This document shows, piece after piece, positions 39,591 through 48,400 of a stretch of DNA of 64,000 nt. Within the stretch, counting starts at the first letter, position 1. Each line of letters begins with the position of its first letter. Below the pieces are notes generated by a model. The model saw only the letters and a list, made by a program, of their open reading frames with translations. It made no database searches and was not told where the DNA came from. The DNA is from Deltaproteobacteria bacterium (GTDB taxonomy: Bacteria; Desulfobacterota; Desulfobacteria; Desulfobacterales; Desulfosarcinaceae), in assembly GCA_021819735.1 (NCBI GenBank), contig JAKAFO010000001.1, forward strand, positions 320 to 64,319, given 5' to 3'. The position numbers were made by a program, and so were the translations under genes.

Positions 39591-40959
39591 ATCACCCATC
39601 ATGGTTGTCGATGATGACCAGGGCTTGCTCTTTTCCATTCGTACAGCGCTGCTCAGCGCCGGCTTGCCAGACCCGGTCCTGGTATCCGATAGCAGGCAAG
39701 TCGGCGCACTGGTTCGTTCGCATTGCTTTCATCTTGTTTTGTTGGATCTGGTCATGCCCCATCTGGACGGCATGGAGGTGCTCAAACAGATCAAGGCGGA
39801 ATCACCGGCCACCGAATGCATCATCGTCACGGCGGTGGATGAGGTCGCCATGGCGGTACAAGCCATGCGCTTTGGGGCCTACGATTATCTGGTCAAGCCG
39901 CTTAACCTGGAACGGACCATCATTGTCATCGGTCATGCACTGGAACGCTATCAACTCCGGCAAGGAATGGCCCTGTTCGAGCGCCCCCAGCGGTTTGAAG
40001 ATTTAAAATTCCCAGAAAAGTTCGCTGGCATGGTCGCGCGGGACGAAAGCATGGCGCTGGTCTTTCACCAAGCCGAAATCTGTGCCCAAAGCGACTATAA
40101 TGTCATGATCACGGGCGAAACCGGTGTCGGTAAAGGCATGTTGGCGCGTATCATCCATCAGATCAGCTCCCGCAGCAACGGACCTTTTGTGGCCGTCAAT
40201 ATGCCCGCCTTCAGCAATACCCTGTTTGAGGATGATATTTTCGGCCATATTCGCGGCGCCTACACCGGGGCTGTTTCAGACAAACGCGGCTTCTTCGAAA
40301 CGGCCCAGGGCGGAACTCTTTTCTTGGATGAAATCACCGAACTGGCCCCGGCGATGCAGGGGAAGTTGCTAAGGGTGATCGAGGAGAAGGAGTTCTACCG
40401 GCTCGGCAGTACCCAGATCGTGAATGTGGATCTGCGTATTTTGTCTGCTTCCAATCGCAATGTGAGCGAGGCCATGACCTCGGGGCACTTGCGCCGCGAT
40501 TTGTATTTCCGGCTGAACGAATACCACATCCACATTCCTGAATTGCGCCGAAGACCCAAGGATATACTTGTCTTGGCCGATCGCTTCCTGAAGCTGCACG
40601 CCCGCAAGAACAAGAAGTCTATCCGGCAGATATCCTTCGAATTATCCCAGGCCCTGCAGCAGTATGATTTTCCGGGTAACGTGCGCGAATTAGAGAATAT
40701 CGTTGCTTCCGCGGTTTTGGTGGAAACAACGGATACCCTGCGCCTTTCATCGGCTCAAAATCTGCTTGTATCCTCCAAGCCACCCCTTTTACGGCGTGAT
40801 GAAAGCTTTCTTTCCCTGGACGAACTTCAGCGCCGGCAGATTCTGCAGGCGTTGCGCCTGACCAGTGGCAATCGCACGCATGCCGCACGCATGCTTGGAA
40901 TCGGTCTGCGCACCTTGCAGCGCAAATTAAAGTCCTTGGATTTAGACGCGCCAAAGTGA
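39571..40959 (+). CDS. NtrC-family sigma54 response regulator (REC - AAA+ - HTH)
   Basis: VVDDD...LDLVMP, GETGVGK, GAYTGA, FLDEI, FPGNVREL and HTH GNRTHAARMLGI. Confidence 0.93.
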   Translation: MENQPDKSPIMVVDDDQGLLFSIRTALLSAGLPDPVLVSDSRQVGALVRSHCFHLVLLDLVMPHLDGMEVLKQIKAESPATECIIVTAVDEVAMAVQAMRFGAYDYLVKPLNLERTIIVIGHALERYQLRQGMALFERPQRFEDLKFPEKFAGMVARDESMALVFHQAEICAQSDYNVMITGETGVGKGMLARIIHQISSRSNGPFVAVNMPAFSNTLFEDDIFGHIRGAYTGAVSDKRGFFETAQGGTLFLDEITELAPAMQGKLLRVIEEKEFYRLGSTQIVNVDLRILSASNRNVSEAMTSGHLRRDLYFRLNEYHIHIPELRRRPKDILVLADRFLKLHARKNKKSIRQISFELSQALQQYDFPGNVRELENIVASAVLVETTDTLRLSSAQNLLVSSKPPLLRRDESFLSLDELQRRQILQALRLTSGNRTHAARMLGIGLRTLQRKLKSLDLDAPK

Positions 40960-41050
40960 CATCGTGGACGCCAAGTTGGCGTACCTGCATATCAATACGA
41001 ATTAACATGTTAAATCGAAATATTGAAGCCGAGGTGCGTCATCATGGCAC
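40948..41050 (+). promoter_or_regulatory. Three related 15-bp palindromic enhancer-like sites
   Basis: GCGCCA-AAG-TGACAT (40948), ACGCCA-AGT-TGGCGT (40968, perfect arms) and GCGTCA-TCA-TGGCAC (41036). Confidence 0.6.
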
Positions 41051-41144
41051 GATTCCGCATTCGATTATTCTACGCGATCATCCTGTTAATGGCGTAAGTT
41101 GCTAATTTTGCAACAATAAAAATATTGATAGGTTTTAGGCGGGA

Positions 41145-41160
41145 TGGCCTGGAAAATGCT
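41145..41160 (+). promoter_or_regulatory. Sigma54 (-24/-12) promoter
   Basis: TGGCCT-GGAAA-ATGCT has GG and GC at the required spacing, with an IHF-like AAAAATATTGATA at 41118-41130. Confidence 0.65.
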
Positions 41161-41170
41161 TAGGTTAGCT

Positions 41171-41425
41171 CAATTGCTCTATGGCGCGAATTAAAAGCCA
41201 TCGCTCAGGTTCAGAGCAAGCAAGTCAAAAACAATGCTAGATTTGCCCGTGGGTACGATCGCCGGTCGGTTATAAAGTATGGATGGGTGTGAAGCATGGG
41301 TGCGCTTTTTAATTGCTGACGGTCGTTCCCACGGGTATTTCCTTCCAGGCTCAGCACTGCAGTTTGTCTCGCCTGATGCAACCTGAAAAACTAAGGGCTT
41401 GTAAGTAAGAGAGTGCATCTCTTTT
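41171..41425 (+). ncRNA. Candidate structured non-coding RNA (rod with central bubble, core 41205-41386)
   Basis: 41244-41277 pairs with 41305-41337 using several G-U pairs on this strand. 41205-41224 pairs with 41363-41386. No credible ORF; starts just after the sigma54 promoter. Confidence 0.55.
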
Positions 41426-41604
41426 CATGGGTTTTTGCTCCCATGCCCACCTGCTCGACATATTTCCTCATAGACCGCCTATTTCCCACTTGAGGGATTG
41501 ATCGTATCGGTCGATATAAGCTGGTATGGATTTTATGATTTTTGCGCCTTTATAAATATGCTGGAAATTTAAAGAGTAAAATCCTCAAAGCACCGGAAAG
41601 CCAT

Positions 41605-42693
41605 ATGAGTTTTAATGAAACCATCTTCAAGGTGATCGATGTTCAGGGGTGCCCTTACTACCGGAAGGGGGATGAGTTTAAAATCTCTGGGAATGCGCTA
41701 CTGCTTGAGCACAATCGGGGCAGTAAGTTCATTTCCACCGTCATCATCGATTTACCCCATAAACGAAGCGAGTGTCGGACGCTGATCGGGCAATTGACTA
41801 AGATTCTGGTTGAGCATGAGCGCGTCGATAGAATCCCCGAGGCCGTCATTTCATGCGGCGAATGTCACAGCGAGATTCGACTGGAACATAAAAAGGGGTC
41901 GAGTGTTGCACTTATCGAAGATATCAAACAGCACAGTACGGATGTCCATACCATCGCCAGCCTGCTGAGCAATTTTTCAATTTTTAAAACTTTGGACGAG
42001 GCGAGTCTGAGGGACTTCGTATCTCTTTTACGGCTTAAAAAGTTCTCTCCGGAAGAATCCATCATGTGCAAGGGGGAGCCTGGGAAAAATCTCTATATTA
42101 TTGTATCCGGGTTGGTGAACGTGGTCGACGATGACGGCATCAGCATTACGAAATTGCGCAATGGAGAAGTTTTTGGAGAGATGAGCTTAATTAGCGGCGA
42201 TCCCGTTGGGGCCACCATCAAAGTGGTTGAGCCGACCACAGTCTTATATATCCGAGGCCAGGATTTTCTTAAGGTTCTCAACCGTTTTCCATCCCTGCAA
42301 ATGTATTTCGCCCGACTGCTTTCCCGGCGCCTGGCAAGATCCAATGTGATGATATCCAAGGAATTTGCTTCTGGAATGACAGGAACCCTGTCTCAAATGC
42401 CGCCCGTGGAACTTTTTCAAACACTCAATTACAACCAAAAAACCGGTGTATTAAAGCTCAATCTATCCAAGGGCCCTGCCAGTTTTTTGTTTCGCAATGG
42501 TGCTATTGTCCAAGCCAAGTATGGGCGCAAGCATGGGAAATCTGCTTTCTTTTCAGTGCTGGGTGAGAAGAAGGGGCGCTTTCAATTCGCGCCCGGCCTT
42601 ACTGAAAAAGAGATGAAAATGCCCGAACTGGGTATGTTCATGGAACTGTTGATGGAGGGCTTGCGTAAACTGGACGAGGAGGTAGAGGCATAG
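41605..42693 (+). CDS. Protein with Cys-motif N-domain, cNMP-binding-like domain and DUF4388 (PatA-N-like) domain
   Basis: CPYYRKGDEF...C...CGEC; GEPGKNLYIIVSG...FGEMSL; MTGTLSQMPPVELFQTL...KTGVL...LLMEGLRKLDE. Confidence 0.85.
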   Translation: MSFNETIFKVIDVQGCPYYRKGDEFKISGNALLLEHNRGSKFISTVIIDLPHKRSECRTLIGQLTKILVEHERVDRIPEAVISCGECHSEIRLEHKKGSSVALIEDIKQHSTDVHTIASLLSNFSIFKTLDEASLRDFVSLLRLKKFSPEESIMCKGEPGKNLYIIVSGLVNVVDDDGISITKLRNGEVFGEMSLISGDPVGATIKVVEPTTVLYIRGQDFLKVLNRFPSLQMYFARLLSRRLARSNVMISKEFASGMTGTLSQMPPVELFQTLNYNQKTGVLKLNLSKGPASFLFRNGAIVQAKYGRKHGKSAFFSVLGEKKGRFQFAPGLTEKEMKMPELGMFMELLMEGLRKLDEEVEA

Positions 42694-43220
42694 TCTACCG
42701 GAATCGGCCTCGGATTTTGCCCCGAAAACAGGTCAACCATCGAGCCCATTCAGTGTCCAACCCCCCGTATTTTCAGACAAGCTCTCGTTTTTTAGCTTGA
42801 CTTTGACACCTGCCTTAGGCTTATATGCCATTAGTTTTTTTGAAAAAATAGTTAATATCGAACTATCTGTGGGGTCCGGCAGAGCAATCATTTTGAACAC
42901 CTTTCCGGAAGCCCGCCGAAACTGTAAACAGACCACTTCCGGGCTGATGATGACCGTTGAGGTGGCTATGATATTTAGGCCGCTGTTGAATTGAAGTTTT
43001 TGAGCGCTTCCCTTCAGGGATCAAAGGGCTTCCTCCAAAAATTTTCAGGCCGCAAAAGGGTGAATGTGGGTTTGATCTCAAACGGTCGGAGCTTAGCAAA
43101 ATTAAAGCTGATTTCCCTTTTTGCCGATATGGGAACAGACAGGGCGCAGGCAGGATTGCACGTCACTTTTTATGAATTGCCCAAGTTTATGCGTTTTGTG
43201 GCTCGGCAGGGAAATGCAAG

Positions 43221-44462
43221 ATGATTCTGTTTTGTGAAGAGTGCGGCACTCGGCACGATATCGACGATGCTCAGATGAGCGGCGACGTGTTTAAGTTTTT
43301 ATGCACCGTCTGCCGCGAAACCTTGATTGTTTCACTGGCCAATAAGAAGCAGGGTAAAACGGTTCAGGCGGCCTTGGGGCAGCCGGCGGTCGAACCCGCT
43401 CCTTTTGGGAAAGAAGACCAATTAAAAATCCTGGTGGTGGACGATTCGAAACTCATTCGCAAGGTGTTGCGTGATATCATTGAATCCGATGGTCGCAAGA
43501 AGGTCATCGGAGAGGCTGAAAATGGAAAAGCGGCCTTAGATTTTCTGGTCTCCGAACAACCCGATGTAATCACGCTGGACATCAATATGCCGGTCATGGA
43601 CGGCCTGACCACCTTGAAACACATCATGATCAGTCGGCCGATTCCAACAGTCATGATCAGCGCCTTGACCAAGGAAGGTTCGCTGGAGACCTTCGACTCC
43701 CTCAAGTATGGCGCCATCGATTTCTTGCCTAAACCCACCCAAGTCAAAGGGGCCGATCTAAGCTCCCAAAAAGAAGAAATTCTAAGAAAAATAGAACAGG
43801 CCGCCGGCATTCAGATCGAGTCCATTCGGTACCTGCGTCGTCCGTCCACGGATAAAGATCCGGCTAGAACCAATTCCATTGCCTGTGTTTGTGTGGTGGC
43901 CATGGGGGTTGCCGAAGGTGGGTATGGCGCGCTGCTGAACGTCGTTCCGCGACTTAAGGAAGATCTTCCGGCCGCCTATATCGCCGTAATGCATCAGGCC
44001 CCACATCACATAGACGGTTTTGCGCGCTATTTGGACCAATGCAGCCGACTTTCGGTATATCGTGCCACGGACGGCATGGTTTTGAAGGGGGGCAGATGCT
44101 ATCTGGCCGCTGCCTCGGAGCATGTATCCATTGTCCAGGATGGGGAACAAACCATCTTGAAGGTAAATTCTTCTCCATTCCCGACGCCCATGGGCGCCAT
44201 CGACATGTTGATGGCCTCTGTTTCCCAGACGATGAAGGATCGTGCGGCGGGTGTTATTCTAACGGGTACGGGAGATGACGGGGTTGCCGGCATGGGCAAG
44301 ATTAAGCAGATGGGAGGCACGCTGTTTGTTCAGGATCCACGAAGTTGCCTGTTTAAAGAAACGCCCCTGAAAGCCGCCGAAAAGCATCCCGTGGACTACC
44401 TGGTCAGCGACAAGCAAATGGCAGGCGCCATCAATGCATTCATAAAGGAGCATAGTAAATAA
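43221..44462 (+). CDS. Zinc-ribbon - REC - CheB-like methylesterase domain protein (catalytic Ser absent)
   Basis: CEEC...CTVC; VVDDS...LDINMP...KP; GVAEGG, MHQ and LTGTGDDG. Confidence 0.88.
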   Translation: MILFCEECGTRHDIDDAQMSGDVFKFLCTVCRETLIVSLANKKQGKTVQAALGQPAVEPAPFGKEDQLKILVVDDSKLIRKVLRDIIESDGRKKVIGEAENGKAALDFLVSEQPDVITLDINMPVMDGLTTLKHIMISRPIPTVMISALTKEGSLETFDSLKYGAIDFLPKPTQVKGADLSSQKEEILRKIEQAAGIQIESIRYLRRPSTDKDPARTNSIACVCVVAMGVAEGGYGALLNVVPRLKEDLPAAYIAVMHQAPHHIDGFARYLDQCSRLSVYRATDGMVLKGGRCYLAAASEHVSIVQDGEQTILKVNSSPFPTPMGAIDMLMASVSQTMKDRAAGVILTGTGDDGVAGMGKIKQMGGTLFVQDPRSCLFKETPLKAAEKHPVDYLVSDKQMAGAINAFIKEHSK

Positions 44463-44474
44463 GGAGAGGTATCA

Positions 44475-45005
44475 ATGGAAGAACCCATTGCGATCGCTGA
44501 AGAGGACTTGCCCGAAGAAGTCGATACCATCCAGATGGTGAGTTTTAAGCTGGAAGGGGAGCTTTTCGGTGTGGATATATTGATGGTGCAGGAAATCATC
44601 AAGCAGGTACCGATAACGGCGATACCCGATGCGCCGGATTTTATTGCCGGTGTCATCAATCTGCGCGGCCGGATTATTCCGATCATTGACCTGCGCAAGC
44701 GCCTGAATTTGAAAGCGGACCATCAAGTGCCCGTCCAGGATGCCTGGACTCTGATCCTCAATGCCGCGGGAAGGGTTACGGGTTTCATCGTCGATCAAGT
44801 GGTACGCGTGCACAAGGTGCCGGTCGGCGCCATTCAGCCAACTGCGGAGACGGCGTCGAGCAGCATTCAAAACGATTATCTCAGTGGATTCTGTAAGGTA
44901 GAAGAACAACCTGCCATGGCGATTCTCGATTTCAACCGAATCATTGCGGTGGAGGAGTTCAAGCGCCTGGGAGCTCAAAAACGTTTGCAGGTCAATCGTA
45001 ATTAA
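44475..45005 (+). CDS. cheW: CheW coupling protein
   Basis: VSFKLEGELFGVDILMVQEII...GVINLRGRIIPIIDLR...GFIVDQV. Confidence 0.94.
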   Translation: MEEPIAIAEEDLPEEVDTIQMVSFKLEGELFGVDILMVQEIIKQVPITAIPDAPDFIAGVINLRGRIIPIIDLRKRLNLKADHQVPVQDAWTLILNAAGRVTGFIVDQVVRVHKVPVGAIQPTAETASSSIQNDYLSGFCKVEEQPAMAILDFNRIIAVEEFKRLGAQKRLQVNRN

Positions 45006-45019
45006 CAGGGTGTGACTCA

Positions 45020-45373
45020 ATGGGCAAAAAGATACTCATCGTCGACGATTCCTCCATCATGCGTAAAATGATCAAACAAACTCTTCTGGATGAGCATCAC
45101 AGTGTCGCCGGAGAAGCAAAGAACGGCAAAGAAGCGGTGGCTCTGTACAAGTCCCTGAAACCCGATATCGTAACTATGGATATCACCATGCGAGACATGG
45201 ATGGCTTTGAGGCCGCCAAGGAAATTTTGAATGGCGACCCCGGAGCCCGCATTATTTTCCTGTCCAACCTGGACGAAGATAAATATAGCGAGGACGCCAA
45301 GCGTGTCGGCGCTAAAGGCTACGTCAACAAGCACAACACCAGGGCGATTGTCGATCTGATCAACAGCCTCTGA
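45020..45373 (+). CDS. cheY: CheY-like single-domain response regulator
   Basis: ILIVDDS...PDIVTMDITM...GAKGYVNK. Confidence 0.88.
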   Translation: MGKKILIVDDSSIMRKMIKQTLLDEHHSVAGEAKNGKEAVALYKSLKPDIVTMDITMRDMDGFEAAKEILNGDPGARIIFLSNLDEDKYSEDAKRVGAKGYVNKHNTRAIVDLINSL

Positions 45374-45497
45374 TGTAGCGGCGGACCGCCGGGGAAAAAC
45401 CGGATCGCCGATCGATGAGTGTTGGAAGAAATTTGGTGGTTGCGAGAAGATCTGAGATGGGCTGGTACAAGGGTGGGGCAACGAAAAGGAGAAACGC

Positions 45498-48400
45498 ATG
45501 ACTGATAACTCCTTGCTTCAAGATTTCATCGCGGAGACCGGAGAGCATCTTGAAGATACGGAGCGCAATTTATTGCGTTTGGAGCAGAGTCCCGAGGACG
45601 CGAGAGTTCTCAACGAGATTTTTCGGTCGATCCACACGATCAAAGGGTCGTCTGAGTATCTAGGCTTGGAGCGTATCGCCGAGTTGTCTCACAAGCTGGA
45701 GAGCCTGCTGGACTTGCTTCGCAGGGGAGAGCGCAAGCTGGACCCATCCGTAGAAGATTTATTTATCGCCACCCATGACCGTATTGCCCAATTGGTGGAC
45801 GATCTATCCAAGCATCAGGCCGAACAGACGGCGATTGACGACCTGGTACGGCGCATCGAGGGGTACACCGGGGAAGCCGCTCCGGTATCGGCCGAAGAGT
45901 TGTCGGCCACCGCTCCACCGCAAACCGACACTAACGCCATTGAAGATGAGTATGACCAGGAATTGTTCGGCATTTTCGTCGATCAGTTGCTCGATGGGTT
46001 GCAAGCGCTGTGCGCGGAGACGCAAAAGATTCAGTCCGGAGAAATGGTTGATCAGGCATTGGCCCATTATGAAGACCGCTTGGGGACCTTAAAGTCAGCG
46101 GCCAATTACATGGGTTACGACCAACTTAAAGAAGTTTATGAAAATTGGCAACAACCTGTAAGCTATGCCCGCAAGCAAATAGCGGGCGGGAGTGCGGTGG
46201 ATGGCGCGGCGTTTGCCCGGGATGTGACCGCGCTTCACCTGGAACGCATTAAAGGCTTTTTTCCCAAAGTAACGGCACTCCAGCAACTGGTGCTGGACAT
46301 GGTGGCACCCACGGTCATCCCTGTTGTTCAGCCGGAAGCACCGAAAGCCGAAGCGAAGCAAGAGCTCCGTTTTGACGATATCGGTGTTGAACTGGAAAGC
46401 GAACCGGCTATGGCGCCGATGTCAAGTGCAAAAGAGATCCAACCGGAGCTCGATCTCTTCTCCGATGGCGATGAGGCCGCGGAATCTTCCCAGAAAGCGG
46501 ACCGTTCATTGCTTCAAGATTTCATCGTCGAGACCGGTGAACATCTCGAAGATACGGAGCGCTGTTTACTGCGTTTGGAGCAACAACCCGAAGACACGGA
46601 TGTTCTTAACGAGGTGTTCCGGTCGGTCCACACGATCAAGGGATCGTCGGAGTACCTGGGTTTGGAGCGCATCGCTGAGTTGTCGCACAAACTGGAGAGC
46701 CTTCTGGATCTGTTGCGGCGGGGGGAGCGCAAACTGGATCGCGCAGTGGAAGATTTGCTGATCGCCACTCATGATCGCCTGTTGCAATTGGTGGACGACC
46801 TGGCGCAACATCAAGCCGAGCAGACGGCCATCGACGATCTGGTGCAACGCATCAAGGATTATACCGAGCAAGTGCCACCCGTAATGGCCGAAGAAGCGCC
46901 GGCCGCGCCCGGGCCGAAGGCGGAGGGCGATGCCATCGAGGCTGAATATGACGAAGAGCTCTTCGGCATTTTCGTCGATCAACTGAAAGATGGGTTGCAG
47001 GAGCTTTGCGCCCAGACCCTCAAACTTGTTTCCGGTCAATCGGTGCAACAAGCCTTGTCCCTTTATGAAGACCGATTGGGGACCTTAAAGTCCTCGGCCA
47101 ATTATATGGGCTATGACAAGCTCAAACAGGTTTATGGGCAGTGGCTGCAAGCCGTGGCCAAAATCCAGCAAATGATCGCGGACAGCCATGAGGTGGATTG
47201 GTACGCATTTGCCCAGGAGGTCACCGCGGCCCACCTTGATCGCATTAAGAGCTTCTTTCCCAAGGTGGCTGCCGTACAACAAATGACGTTGAGCCTGACT
47301 CCGCCACAACCGGCCGCGGAAGCAATGTTACCTGAACCTGCCGTGCAAATGGCTGCGCAACTCGTTGTGCCGGCCGCGGAAGCTGCATCGCCGCCGGATG
47401 CAGAGCCCCCAGTCGAGGCACCGTCAATGGCGGAAACGATACCGTCCGAGCCTGCCGACCAGGGACTCTTGGGCGATTTCATCACTGAAACCAGCGAACA
47501 CCTCGATGAGGTCGAACAAAATCTGCTGCGGCTCGAGCAGGCACCCGGCGACCTCGGTGTGCTCAACGAACTGTTCCGGTCGATCCACACCATCAAGGGC
47601 TCTTCCGAATACCTTGGTATGGAGCGGATCGCCGAACTATCCCACAAGCTGGAAAATTTGCTGGACCTGCTGCGCCGCGGCCAGAACGGGGTGGACAGAG
47701 GGATCATCGACCTGTTGATGGCAGGCAAAGATCGCATTACGGAGCTGTTGGAGGATATAACCACCCGGCGTTCCGAGTCGGCGGCCATTGACGATCTGCT
47801 GGTGCGCATCCAAAAATTCGTGTCCGGTCCCGAAAGCGTTGCTCAGCCGGCCGCCGTCCCTGAAACGATGGAAGCCGCACCGGCACCCGTGACGCCGATC
47901 CCATCAGCGGCGCCGTTAGCGGTCTATGAAGAGGCCTATGATAAAGAGCTGTTCGCCATATTCACGCAACAGTTTGAGGCTGGGTTGAAAGCATTGTCTT
48001 CGCTCGCCGAAAAATTGGAGGCAGGACCGGATGCGGCACCTGTTCTTTCGACCTGTCAGGACCAGTTGCGCCGGTTGCGGTCATCGGCCAATTACATGGA
48101 ATACGAAGAGCTGAAAGCCACCTACGATCAGTGGATCGATGCTGTCGATGCCGCCATTCATCAGCTTTCCAATGGTGAAACAGTAGAGTGGCAGTCATGG
48201 GTTGACTTGGTGATGCGTCCCATGATGGAACGCGTTCGGCATTTCTTCGCTGCGCCGGCCCTGGGCCCGGCGGTTGCGGACGTGACGCTTTCCATTAAAG
48301 ACCAAGAAGTTCAAGCGGAACCGGTCCAAATTCCGGCACCCATCATTGATATTGCACCCGCGGAGCCTGCCCCAACGGCAGCTATCTTGCCGCCCGATCG

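Noticed and set aside
41045-41060. TGGCACGATTCCGCA as a sigma54 promoter
   Set aside because: The GC is one base too close to the GG. It is better explained as the right arm of palindromic site 3.
41191-41418. 75-aa minus-strand ORF across the candidate ncRNA
   Set aside because: It has no clear RBS or motif, and both the promoter and the G-U pairing point to the plus strand.
42910-42950. GAAA...CTGATGA suggesting a hammerhead ribozyme, and GCCCGCCGAAACTGTAA suggesting a cobalamin riboswitch
   Set aside because: There is no UH cleavage site after the putative stem III, and the upstream GGGAA/T-loop and B12-box elements are missing.
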